Positions 24,319 to 32,407 of a stretch of DNA of 42,227 nt are shown here, piece after piece (position 1 is the first letter of the stretch; the number at the start of each line of letters is the position of its first letter). The notes under the pieces are model-generated. The model was not told the DNA's origin. It worked only from the letters and a program-made list of their open reading frames with translations, and did no database searches. A program made the position numbers and the translations under genes. Source of the DNA: a virus; IMG/VR virus record IMGVR_UViG_3300017440_000003, positions 1-42,227 of that record. The stretch is one strand, 5' to 3'.

Positions 24319-24734
24319 GCAAGCAAGAAAACCCGATCGTCGGACACGCCACATGGGCTGATGGTTCGCACACGCCCGTCCGCAAAGACGAGGCTGGAGC
24401 CCTTATCGCGCAGGCCGATGCCGAGCAGGCGAAGCGAGCAGCAGACATGCCGACCGAGCGCGACGCCTTGAAGGCATTGTTCGCGGCTTACCAGCGCCTA
24501 AAGGAACTGGATTGGAACGATGCCATCTATTGCCCAAAGGATGGCAGCCTATTCGACGTGATTGAGGCAGGCAGTTCCGGCATCCACTCATGTCGCTACG
24601 ATGGCGAATGGCCTACCGGCAACTGGTGGATCGAGGAGGCTGGCGATCTGTGGCCGTCGCGGCCCATCCTGTATCGCCGCACCGAAGCTGAAAAGGCGCG
24701 CTGGGCTGCGATTAAGCATCGGAGCCTGCCATGA
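24315..24734 (+). CDS. hypothetical protein (139 aa)
   Basis: ORF-track 24183..24734 trimmed to GTG 24315 (GTGA overlap). Confidence 0.5.
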   Translation: MSKQENPIVGHATWADGSHTPVRKDEAGALIAQADAEQAKRAADMPTERDALKALFAAYQRLKELDWNDAIYCPKDGSLFDVIEAGSSGIHSCRYDGEWPTGNWWIEEAGDLWPSRPILYRRTEAEKARWAAIKHRSLP

Positions 24735-24940
24735 CCTATCGGTCTAGTCCGGCCTTTGCGGTGGGCGGGGTGTCGTGGCTCCCCGCAGATGGGCGCGAAA
24801 GCTATATAGGCGATCCAACGCCGACTGGCTGGCGGTGCTTTCACTGTAACGAGCATTTCACCGACTGGCGCGCTGCACTGCGCCACTTTGGTGAGCCTGT
24901 GGATAAGCGGCAGCCATCATGCGTGGAGCAAGCGGCATGA
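24731..24940 (+). CDS. hypothetical protein (69 aa)
   Basis: ATGA-coupled. Contains CFHCNEHF...ALRHFG. Confidence 0.5.
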   Translation: MTYRSSPAFAVGGVSWLPADGRESYIGDPTPTGWRCFHCNEHFTDWRAALRHFGEPVDKRQPSCVEQAA

Positions 24941-25107
24941 CAGAGCGCTGCATCGATCACATCGCCATGGCCGTGAATCTCGAAAGGAACACGCCCGTCC
25001 TCCGCGGTCGGCGCATCTCCTTGCTCGGATACGATCCTGCCCCTTCCACCCCTCTGATAGCCGATCTGTGCGGGCCGATGGGGAAAGTCACAACTCCCGC
25101 CGCATAG
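24937..25107 (+). CDS. hypothetical protein (56 aa)
   Basis: ORF-track 24919..25107 trimmed to ATG 24937 (ATGA overlap). Confidence 0.45.
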   Translation: MTERCIDHIAMAVNLERNTPVLRGRRISLLGYDPAPSTPLIADLCGPMGKVTTPAA

Positions 25108-25135
25108 ACCAAATCCGCCTAACCTCCTCCTCTAC

Positions 25136-25183
25136 AAAAGGCCGCACCAGCACCGGGATACGGGCTAGTGCGGCTTTTCTTTG
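25136..25183 (+). terminator. Rho-independent terminator
   Basis: Stem GCCGCAC (25141-25147) / GTGCGGC (25168-25174) with further inner pairing. Upstream A-run, downstream TTTTCTTT. Confidence 0.7.
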
Positions 25184-25211
25184 TTGACGCGCTCCCCAAA
25201 TGGGGTATGGT
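25184..25211 (+). promoter_or_regulatory. Putative promoter TTGACG-N16-TATGGT
   Basis: Immediately after the terminator. Shares TTGACGCGC with the rightward early promoter at 23265. Confidence 0.5.
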
Positions 25212-25235
25212 GGCCTTCTCATTTGGAGATATGAG

Positions 25236-25400
25236 ATGGGCACAGATTTTAGCGAAATTGAGGCGTATTGGCGCGATCCGGCGCCGTTCGATGCAGCGCG
25301 TGCAGAGGGTCAGGCGCGCATTGACGCGCTGTTCGTGGCGCATGATGCGCGGGTGAAAGCGCAGATGGAAGCACATTGGGCTGGGGAGGTGGAGGCATGA
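25236..25400 (+). CDS. hypothetical protein (54 aa)
   Basis: ORF-track 25200..25400 trimmed to ATG 25236, preceded by GGAGAT. Confidence 0.5.
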   Translation: MGTDFSEIEAYWRDPAPFDAARAEGQARIDALFVAHDARVKAQMEAHWAGEVEA

Positions 25401-25747
25401 GCGCGCCGATCATTAACCAGCCGTGGGAAGACGTTGCCAGCGACGTTACCGACGCTATCGAAAAAGCGGTACAGCCGCTGCTCAAGAAGGCGGTGGACGA
25501 GGTTTACAGCGGTCTGCTCGAAACGACGCAGGATTACCTCAAGGACAATCTGGCGTTCAATATCGCCAGCCGGATCGACGCGGCCGAGCGCGAGGCGGCA
25601 CATGATCGGCAGCAGTTCCACAGCCTGCTGACCCGCATAATCGCAATCGCTGGTGACTTTGTGCCAGATCGCGACGCCGATGCTCCTTTGGCTTTGTCAG
25701 AGATGCGGGATGCTCTGAATGAAGCAATTGAGGCGGCACGGGCATGA
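25397..25747 (+). CDS. hypothetical protein (116 aa)
   Basis: ORF-track 25376..25747 trimmed to ATG 25397 (ATGA overlap). Helical, acidic. Confidence 0.5.
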   Translation: MSAPIINQPWEDVASDVTDAIEKAVQPLLKKAVDEVYSGLLETTQDYLKDNLAFNIASRIDAAEREAAHDRQQFHSLLTRIIAIAGDFVPDRDADAPLALSEMRDALNEAIEAARA

Positions 25748-26454
25748 CCGCCTTCACCACCTTCAGCCCCCCAGGCAAGCCACACATCGTCTGCCATGCC
25801 GAATACGAACAGGGCAGCGAGCAGTGGCTGCAAGCGCGGTGTGGCCTGCTGACGGCTTCAGAGATGAAGCTGATCGTCACTGAAAAGACGATGAAGGCGG
25901 CAAGCAACGACAAGGAACGCGCACACCTCTACGAACTGCTGGCACAGCGCGTCACGCAGCACGTCGAGCCGCATTATATTGGCGACGACATGCTGCGCGG
26001 CCATGAAGACGAGGTGTATGCCCGGCTTACCTATGCCGAGCATTACGCGCCAGTCACGACCGATACCGCGTTCATGACGAATAACCGCTGGGGCTTCACG
26101 CTTGGCTACTCGCCGGATGGACTTGTCGGTGACGATGGCGCGATCGAGGCAAAGAGCCGGCGCCAGAAGCTGCAAATGCAAACGCTGGTGGAGGGTGGCA
26201 CCCCGCCCGAACATGCGATGCAGTTGCAGACCGGGTTGTTGGTAAGCGAGCGCCAGTGGATCGATTACGTGTCCTACAGCGGTGGAATGCCGATGTACGT
26301 ACACCGCGTCTATCCGGATGCAGCGGTTCACGAGGCGATCGTGAATATCGCGGGCGGGTTCGAAGCGCGCTTGGCCGAGAAGCTGAAGATTTATAAGGAA
26401 GCGGCGGCGCGGTTTGTGCCGACGAAGCGCCGCGTTGAACAGGAGATGTTCTGA
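25744..26454 (+). CDS. YqaJ-family (lambda Exo-like, PD-(D/E)XK) recombination exonuclease
   Basis: GSEQWLQARCGLLTASE, RGHEDEVYA, YSPDGLVGDDGAIEAKS and MQLQTGLLV match the YqaJ motif order. Confidence 0.85.
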   Translation: MTAFTTFSPPGKPHIVCHAEYEQGSEQWLQARCGLLTASEMKLIVTEKTMKAASNDKERAHLYELLAQRVTQHVEPHYIGDDMLRGHEDEVYARLTYAEHYAPVTTDTAFMTNNRWGFTLGYSPDGLVGDDGAIEAKSRRQKLQMQTLVEGGTPPEHAMQLQTGLLVSERQWIDYVSYSGGMPMYVHRVYPDAAVHEAIVNIAGGFEARLAEKLKIYKEAAARFVPTKRRVEQEMF

Positions 26455-26672
26455 TGCGCAAGCCGCCGGCCAAGCCTCCTAGCGAGGAACAGATAAAGGC
26501 GCGCAAACGGGCGTGGCAGATATTCCGTTTACGTGGACTGCACGCACAAGCGCACATGCTTACCGGCTCCTTCCGTGTCGCCGCGCTCAACGCAATCGAC
26601 ATGGAACTTCAATCAATGGGTGCGGAAACGGAAACCGCACGCCAGCAAGCACTCAAGGAGAAATACTCGTGA
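26454..26672 (+). CDS. hypothetical protein (72 aa), basic
   Basis: TGATG-coupled to the exonuclease gene. Confidence 0.5.
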   Translation: MRKPPAKPPSEEQIKARKRAWQIFRLRGLHAQAHMLTGSFRVAALNAIDMELQSMGAETETARQQALKEKYS

Positions 26673-27271
26673 ATATGTTAGACGCAATTGCCCCCAAGTC
26701 CGACCAGATCAACGCGGAGGATTTGGTTGGCCGCACCATCACCGTCACCGTCAAGGACGTCACCATCCGCGGCGGGCAGGAACAGCCTATCTCGGTCGCG
26801 CTAGAGGAAACCGACAAGGTTTTCCGCCCCTGCAAGACAACCGCGCGCCTGATGGTCGCTGGCTGGGGGCCGGACGCCAGCAAGTATGCTGGTAACAAGA
26901 TGACGCTCTATCGTGACCCGTCCGTCAAGTGGGGCGGTGTCGCGACCGGCGGCATCCGTATCTCGCATATGTCAGGCTTGGATGCGCCGCTTGTTATGGC
27001 GCTGGCGGAGAACAAGAAGAACCGCAAGGTTCACACGGTGCAGCCGCTTCAGGTGCAACGCCCGGCCGCACCAGTTGACGTGCTGTCCGTGGACGATGCG
27101 CGCGATTTGATCGCCAATGCCGTCGATATGGATGCGCTGGCGGCTGTGTGGGCGCGTGCGGACGTGGCACCGCACAAGCGGGCGCTGAAGGGTGAGCTGG
27201 ACGCGCGTAAGCTATCACTATCGCCGCCGCCCGAACTGACCACCGTAGCTGATCTGGGCGGCACCGAATGA
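26669..27271 (+). CDS. hypothetical protein (200 aa)
   Basis: ORF-track 26513..27271 trimmed to GTG 26669, 8 nt after AAGGAG (ATG 26675 is an alternative). No motif recognised. Confidence 0.55.
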   Translation: MNMLDAIAPKSDQINAEDLVGRTITVTVKDVTIRGGQEQPISVALEETDKVFRPCKTTARLMVAGWGPDASKYAGNKMTLYRDPSVKWGGVATGGIRISHMSGLDAPLVMALAENKKNRKVHTVQPLQVQRPAAPVDVLSVDDARDLIANAVDMDALAAVWARADVAPHKRALKGELDARKLSLSPPPELTTVADLGGTE

Positions 27272-27432
27272 CCCCTCCCCAGATCATTGAAGCGTTGGGC
27301 GGCACCGCAAAGGTCGCCCAGCTTTGCGGCCTTAGCTACAACGCGGTGCATAACTGGCGGTCGCGGGGCATTCCCAGGGCGTGGATGCACAAGGTTGAGG
27401 CTGAGTGCAAGCGGGCGAAGGTAACGATATGA
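27268..27432 (+). CDS. Cro/YdaS-like HTH protein (54 aa)
   Basis: Hand-translated as MTPPQIIEALGGTAKVAQLCGLSYNAVHNWRSRGIPRAWMHKVEAECKRAKVTI. ATGA overlaps at both ends. Below the ORF-track cut-off. Confidence 0.55.
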   Translation: MTPPQIIEALGGTAKVAQLCGLSYNAVHNWRSRGIPRAWMHKVEAECKRAKVTI

Positions 27433-27623
27433 GAAGCTACGGACCCAAAAGCCGCACGCAAGCCGAGAAGCTGGCCGAGGCGATCAACTTCGTGTGGTTC
27501 GCCAGCGCCAATGCGGTGGGCAGTACGACGGCGCAGACTATTGCCCAGATGAAGGGTGTCACTAAGGCCAAGGACATTGCCGCGATCGGTGATGCGCTGG
27601 CTAAACGTAGGGAGGCTTTGTGA
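27429..27623 (+). CDS. hypothetical protein (64 aa)
   Basis: ORF-track 27405..27623 trimmed to ATG 27429 (ATGA overlap). Confidence 0.5.
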   Translation: MRSYGPKSRTQAEKLAEAINFVWFASANAVGSTTAQTIAQMKGVTKAKDIAAIGDALAKRREAL

Positions 27624-27793
27624 TGGAATACCGTGCCGAGGATTTTGACGGCTTCGTTGCCGCAGTGCCGATGTTCGCGTGGTGGCCGGTGCGCGTGGAT
27701 ACCGGACAACTGGCGTGGATGAGTCAAGTGTATTGGGTCACTGATCGCCATGACCAGTGGTACTCTCTGACCTTGCCGCGGAATGCGCTGTGA
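27623..27793 (+). CDS. hypothetical protein (56 aa), Trp-rich
   Basis: Hand-translated as MEYRAEDFDGFVAAVPMFAWWPVRVDTGQLAWMSQVYWVTDRHDQWYSLTLPRNAL. TGATG overlaps at both ends. Confidence 0.45.
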   Translation: MEYRAEDFDGFVAAVPMFAWWPVRVDTGQLAWMSQVYWVTDRHDQWYSLTLPRNAL

Positions 27794-28548
27794 TGGAGAC
27801 TCTTCCGTACCAGCGCAAAGAGGTAATCGGGGCGGCGACGCTCTATCTGGGAGATTGCCTTCAGGTGCTGCCGGCGCTCGGTCGGTTCGATCACGCGATC
27901 TTTGACCCGCCCTATGAATCGCTGACCCACGCCGCGAAGAATAGCAAGAAGGGCCGCAAGCATCGGAACGACGGCGTCGCCGAACTTAAGGGCTTGGACT
28001 TTGCCCCGATTGACGCCATCCGCGATGATGTTGTGCGGATCGTCGGCGCCGCTTCGATGGGCTGGTTCATCGCATTCTGCACCCCTGAAGGCGTGCGGGC
28101 ATGGGCGGACAGCATCAACGCCTCCCCCCTCAGATACAAGCGAGCCTGTGTCTGGGTGAAGCCAGACTCCACGCCGCAACTCAATGGTCAAGGGCCGGCG
28201 CAGGGAGCGGAGAATTTCGTCTGCGCATGGGCTGGTGACGGATTCGCGCGGTGGAATGCCGGCGGCAAGCGCGGTGTCTACACGCACTGCGTCAACAACT
28301 CCGAACGGCAAGGCATCCATCCCACCGAGAAGCCCCGGCGGCTGATGTCGGAATTGATCGCGGACTTCACTTGCCGGGGGGAGACGATCATTGACCCGTT
28401 CATGGGCTCTGGCACTACTGGCGTCGCCGCTGTGATGGCTGATCGTTCTTTCGTCGGTATCGAACAAAACGCGGATTACTTTGACATAGCCTGTCGCCGC
28501 ATCGAGGATGCGCAGCGTCAGGGCAACCTATTCGGTGTATCGTCATGA
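27793..28548 (+). CDS. DNA methyltransferase, beta-class N6_N4 family (probably N6-adenine)
   Basis: ORF-track 27757..28548 trimmed to ATG 27793. Motif IV FDPPYES precedes motif I DPFMGSGTTG. No cognate endonuclease nearby. Confidence 0.85.
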   Translation: METLPYQRKEVIGAATLYLGDCLQVLPALGRFDHAIFDPPYESLTHAAKNSKKGRKHRNDGVAELKGLDFAPIDAIRDDVVRIVGAASMGWFIAFCTPEGVRAWADSINASPLRYKRACVWVKPDSTPQLNGQGPAQGAENFVCAWAGDGFARWNAGGKRGVYTHCVNNSERQGIHPTEKPRRLMSELIADFTCRGETIIDPFMGSGTTGVAAVMADRSFVGIEQNADYFDIACRRIEDAQRQGNLFGVSS

Positions 28549-29000
28549 CCGCACTGGACGACTTCGCAGACATGGACGATCCGCTCAACCCGGTGCCGCG
28601 CTTTCCGGTCGAACCTCCGGATGGCCGCAGGGATTGGAGCGAGATCGACCGGCAAGCCACGCTGCGCAGTTTAGTACATATCGGCGGGCCATCGATCCTG
28701 TTCTTTGCGATCCCGAACGCCGGTAAACGCAACCCGGCGCACGCGAAAAAGGAAGGCATCATGGCCGGGGTGTTCGACCTTCAGGCATGGTGGAACCGCG
28801 GCTTCTGTTCGCCGGAAATGAAAGGCTATGACAGCAACGGGCGACCCGGCAAGCTGTCCAAGCCGCAGATCGAATGGGGCAACCGAATGCACGACATGGG
28901 CTACCCGGTTGCTTGTTTCTTCGACCCTTACGCCGCCTATGACTGGATGCAGTCGGTTGGGGCGCCTCTACGCACTATCAATCATGGAGACCGTAAATGA
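28545..29000 (+). CDS. VRR-NUC domain nuclease
   Basis: AIPNAGKR..., GVFDL, PEMKG (D...ExK) and [10 protein letters not shown] follow the VRR-NUC pattern. Confidence 0.75.
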   Translation: MTALDDFADMDDPLNPVPRFPVEPPDGRRDWSEIDRQATLRSLVHIGGPSILFFAIPNAGKRNPAHAKKEGIMAGVFDLQAWWNRGFCSPEMKGYDSNGRPGKLSKPQIEWGNRMHDMGYPVACFFDPYAAYDWMQSVGAPLRTINHGDRK

Positions 29001-29254
29001 GCAACGTTGCTAACATCGCCGCCGAGGAACTGCGCTTGCTGATTGAGCGCGTCGAACGCCTTGAAAGCGAGAAGGCTGGGATTGCGGATGATATCAAGGA
29101 TGTGATGGGCGAGGCGAAGGGGCGGGGATATGATCCCAAGGCCATCCGCAAGATCGTCGCTATTCGCAAGAAACGCCAGGAAGCCGTGCAGGAGGAGCAG
29201 GCCATTCTGGAGACGTACCTGTCCGCGCTGGGGATGCAGTATGCGCTGCTGTGA
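28997..29254 (+). CDS. gapR: GapR-like nucleoid-associated protein (DUF2312)
   Basis: [48 protein letters not shown]...[14 protein letters not shown] aligns closely with the DUF2312/GapR consensus as I recall it. Confidence 0.9.
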   Translation: MSNVANIAAEELRLLIERVERLESEKAGIADDIKDVMGEAKGRGYDPKAIRKIVAIRKKRQEAVQEEQAILETYLSALGMQYALL

Positions 29255-29262
29255 GCGCTAGG

Positions 29263-29290
29263 TTGCATGTCGAGCAGGATTTGATATGAT
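29263..29290 (+). promoter_or_regulatory. Putative promoter TTGCAT-N16-TATGAT (with TGn extended -10)
   Basis: -35 at 29263-29268, -10 at 29285-29290. Paralogous to the element at 33742-33769. Confidence 0.6.
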
Positions 29291-29332
29291 GGGCGGGCGG
29301 GGAGTGTAGCAAGCACTCGCCCGCCCTATCAT
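29286..29332 (+). other. Long imperfect palindrome/hairpin overlapping the -10 box (module A)
   Basis: ATGAT-GGGCGGGCG-(GGG)-AGTG / loop TAGCAAG / CACT-CGCCCGCCC-(T)-ATCAT, about 18 bp paired. No U-tract. Confidence 0.7.
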
Positions 29333-29354
29333 CGGCTGAAACGGAGCCTCTGAC

Positions 29355-29552
29355 ATGAATAATTATACGCCCGAAAACCGCCTGCCGCAACCCTTTCGGG
29401 ATTCTGTGAAGGCGGTTTTGCTGCGCTGCGTCGAGATGGCAGATACGCCGTCCGATCAGAAATCAATGATCCTCACCATGTATGAAAGCGGTCTGCTATC
29501 ATGCGCTGAGACGTTCTCCCAGATCGCTACGCGCAAGCTGGAAAACGCATGA
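29355..29552 (+). CDS. hypothetical protein (65 aa)
   Basis: First ORF after promoter module A; ATGA-coupled to the primase-helicase gene. Confidence 0.55.
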   Translation: MNNYTPENRLPQPFRDSVKAVLLRCVEMADTPSDQKSMILTMYESGLLSCAETFSQIATRKLENA

Positions 29553-31819
29553 AACAGTTGACAATGCCACAGGCAGCACAGGTCTGGAATACACACCGCG
29601 TCACCGTTTTTGCCGGTCAGCATGACAGCAACATCGACACTGGCGAGGACTACCGAACGATCACACTGGCGGACGTGTTTACCGCGGAGCCGCAGATTAA
29701 ATCTAAGATGGCCGGTAATGCCTTTTTGGCGTCCAGCTATTGCTCGTATGATGCCCGGTCGCATGAGGCACAGCGTCGTGATGGTTCATTTGTGACGCTT
29801 ATCGGTGATATCGATAAGGGCGACCTAAGCATCAATGCCGTAATTTCGGCTGCGAAATCATTTTCGGAGGATGCGGCGTGGCTGGTGTATTCCAGCGCAC
29901 ACTCCCGCGACGGCGACCGGCGCTGGCGTGTGGTCTTCCCGCTGTCATCGCCTTGCCAGTTCGAACAGTGGTATGATGCGCAGACTGCACTGTTCGTTTT
30001 CATGGAAAGTCAAGGTATCGAGGTTGACCGCGCCATGTCTCGCGCTGGCCAGCCCATTTACCTGCCGAACGTGCCGATGGCGTATAAGGACGGCACGCCG
30101 CTTCGTGACCATGACGGCACCCCCATCTATTATCAGACCGCCAACAGCGGTCTGGATGCAGCGGGGCTTGATATTGCGCGTGGTATTGTCGCTGGCGGTA
30201 TCGCATCGCTGCGGCAGCGTCGGTTAGCTGACGATCGCGAACGCGAGGTATTGCGGAAAGCAGCAGCAGCGAACTACGCCGCAAAGACTCGTCAAGATGG
30301 TGGCAACATCATCGAGCAATTCAACGCCACGACAAGCGTTGAGACAATGCTGACCCTTTGCGACTATGAGCAAAGTCCGCGTCATCCTGAAGACTGGCGT
30401 TCGCCACAGCAGGCCGGCGAGACATACGCCACCCGCGTCATTGAGGGCAAATGGGTTAGCCTATCGGAAAGCGATACGGCATCAGGGCTGGGGCATAAAT
30501 GCCGGTCAGGCTGCTTCGGCGATGCCTATGACCTATACGTTCATTACAAGCACAAGGGTGACCATAAGGAGGCATACCGCACACTAGGCCGCGAGCAACG
30601 CGGCTCAAATGTCGTGCAAGGCAATTTTCGGGGCGACGACCAAGACCCAGGCTATCAGGATTTCCCGGAATGGGCGCAGCAGACGGACGAACCAGATTAT
30701 GAAATGCTGGTCGCGCCCGATGAGGTCGCCGCCGCTGTCACCAGCGATAAGCCATTGCTCCCGCTAGAGTGGTTCGATCAGATCGACGCGCAGCTAGAGG
30801 CGAATTGGCTGGTGGAGGAACTGATACCCAGCGAGGGTCTATGCCTCGTTTACGGCCACCCCGGCTGCGGCAAGAGTTTCTTCGCGCTCGACATGGCTAT
30901 GCACGTTGCTGGTGGCCGGCCTTGGCGGGAACGCGACGTAGAGCAGGGATTGGTTATCTATATCGGCGCAGAGGGGCAGCGGGGCCTACGCCAGCGTGTG
31001 GCGGCTTTCCGCCAGCATTACGGCGTCGATGAACTGCCGTTCGCCCTCATCCCGGTGGAGGTCAACCTATTAGCCGCTGACGGCGATCTGAACGTCCTTA
31101 TTGCCACGATTGAGCAAGCGGCGGTTCGGTACGGCCTGACGGTTGGTATGATCGTGGTAGACACGTTGTCCCGGACGTTCGGCGGCGGCGATGAAATCGG
31201 GTCTGACATGGTATCCTATGTCAATAACGTAGGACGTTTACAGCGCGCTTTCACTTGCACCACAATGGTTATTCATCACCGCCCCAAGGATAGCACGAAC
31301 GAGACGCCACGTGGCCATGGTTCGCTCTGGGGTGCCTGTGACACCATCATCCTTGTGGAGGACAAGGGCGGCCCTAAGCAGGCCAAGGTGACCAAGCAAA
31401 AAGACGCAGAGCCGGCACCGCCTGTCGTGTTCGATTTGAAGGTCATCGAACTAGGTCAGGACGAAAAAGGCCGTCCTGTAACATCGTGCGTCGTCGTGCA
31501 AAACGACATGAAAATCGGCGCGGACAACCGGGCGGACAGGCTGTCCGATGGGCAGCGTATCGCGTTCGAAATGCTGTGTCAGGCGCTCGCCGAAACCGGC
31601 AGCGAGCGCGGCCATGGCATCCCTGAAAAGGCTCTCACATTCGGGTTTGAGACGCGCGTTTGCAGGGTTTCCGAATGGGCTTCCCGGACAGGTGCGGCGC
31701 TGCATGACCCGGACAAGGCGGCGGACACGGCAGACCGGATGTTCAGGCGTTACAAGACCAAGCTGCAAGCGCTTGGAATTGTTGGCGTTTACGAGGATTA
31801 CGTATGGCGGATAAAATAA
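29549..31819 (+). CDS. AEP-type primase-polymerase fused to RecA-like (AAA_25/RepA-type) helicase ATPase
   Basis: 756 aa. N-terminal LIGDIDKGD (DxD), YSSAHS..RWRVVFPL (sxH) and DRAMSRAGQPIYLPN. Central Walker A YGHPGCGKS and Walker B-like MIVVDTLS..., VIHHRPKD. Confidence 0.75.
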   Translation: MKQLTMPQAAQVWNTHRVTVFAGQHDSNIDTGEDYRTITLADVFTAEPQIKSKMAGNAFLASSYCSYDARSHEAQRRDGSFVTLIGDIDKGDLSINAVISAAKSFSEDAAWLVYSSAHSRDGDRRWRVVFPLSSPCQFEQWYDAQTALFVFMESQGIEVDRAMSRAGQPIYLPNVPMAYKDGTPLRDHDGTPIYYQTANSGLDAAGLDIARGIVAGGIASLRQRRLADDREREVLRKAAAANYAAKTRQDGGNIIEQFNATTSVETMLTLCDYEQSPRHPEDWRSPQQAGETYATRVIEGKWVSLSESDTASGLGHKCRSGCFGDAYDLYVHYKHKGDHKEAYRTLGREQRGSNVVQGNFRGDDQDPGYQDFPEWAQQTDEPDYEMLVAPDEVAAAVTSDKPLLPLEWFDQIDAQLEANWLVEELIPSEGLCLVYGHPGCGKSFFALDMAMHVAGGRPWRERDVEQGLVIYIGAEGQRGLRQRVAAFRQHYGVDELPFALIPVEVNLLAADGDLNVLIATIEQAAVRYGLTVGMIVVDTLSRTFGGGDEIGSDMVSYVNNVGRLQRAFTCTTMVIHHRPKDSTNETPRGHGSLWGACDTIILVEDKGGPKQAKVTKQKDAEPAPPVVFDLKVIELGQDEKGRPVTSCVVVQNDMKIGADNRADRLSDGQRIAFEMLCQALAETGSERGHGIPEKALTFGFETRVCRVSEWASRTGAALHDPDKAADTADRMFRRYKTKLQALGIVGVYEDYVWRIK

Positions 31820-31925
31820 GTCCGGACATGTCCGGACAGGGTGTCCGGACAGGGTGTCCGCCAAAATCCGGACAGGCGGACAGGGGCGGACACCCCTCTA
31901 TAAGGGGTGTCCACCTGTCCGGGCC
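31820..31925. repeat. Iteron field: CGGACA core x6 direct plus 3-4 inverted copies (candidate replication origin)
   Basis: GTCCGGACA at 31820, 31830 and 31843. CGGACA(GG) at 31869, 31877 and 31887. TGTCCG at 31842, 31855 and 31916. Followed by an AT-rich stretch at 31930-31963. Confidence 0.6.
31888..31912 (+). terminator. Perfect 10-bp hairpin GGACACCCCT-CTATA-AGGGGTGTCC (terminator-like or origin hairpin)
   Basis: Seen directly in the sequence, inside the iteron field, 69 nt after the primase-helicase stop. No U-tract. Confidence 0.4.
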
Positions 31926-31963
31926 GGATGACCAGAGATTGATTTCATAATGGAGAAGACAAA

Positions 31964-32407
31964 ATGGCAAGTTCGGTGAACAAGGTAATCCTGATCGGCA
32001 ATCTCGGACGCGATCCGGAGAGCAAGGCGTTTCAGAACGGGGGTAAGGTCGTGAATCTCCGTATCGCCACGTCGGAAAGCTGGAAGGACAAGGCGACAGG
32101 CGAGCGCAAGGAGAAGACCGAGTGGCATTCGGTGTCGGTGTTCAACGAGGGGCTGGCCAACGTCGCGGAAAAATATCTGCGCAAGGGTAGCAAGGTTTAT
32201 ATCGAGGGCGCGCTTCAGACCAGGAAATGGCAGGACCAGCAGGGGCAGGACAAGTACAGCACCGAGATAGTGTTGCAGGGGTTCAATAGCGTGCTGACGA
32301 TGCTGGATGGGCCGAATGGTGGTCAGGGCGGCGATAAGGCCAGCCAACAGACGCAGCGATCAAACGCACCCCGCCAGGATGTTCTTGACGACGACGTGCC
32401 GTTCTAA
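31964..32407 (+). CDS. ssb: single-stranded DNA-binding protein
   Basis: [15 protein letters not shown]...TEWHSVSVF...[18 protein letters not shown]-fold pattern, Gly/Gln linker and acidic C-terminus DDDVPF. Confidence 0.95.
   Translation: MASSVNKVILIGNLGRDPESKAFQNGGKVVNLRIATSESWKDKATGERKEKTEWHSVSVFNEGLANVAEKYLRKGSKVYIEGALQTRKWQDQQGQDKYSTEIVLQGFNSVLTMLDGPNGGQGGDKASQQTQRSNAPRQDVLDDDVPF

Noticed and set aside
31820-31925. CRISPR-like short repeats
   Set aside because: The repeats are 6-10 bp, contiguous or overlapping, with no unique spacers. The pattern is that of iterons, not a CRISPR array.
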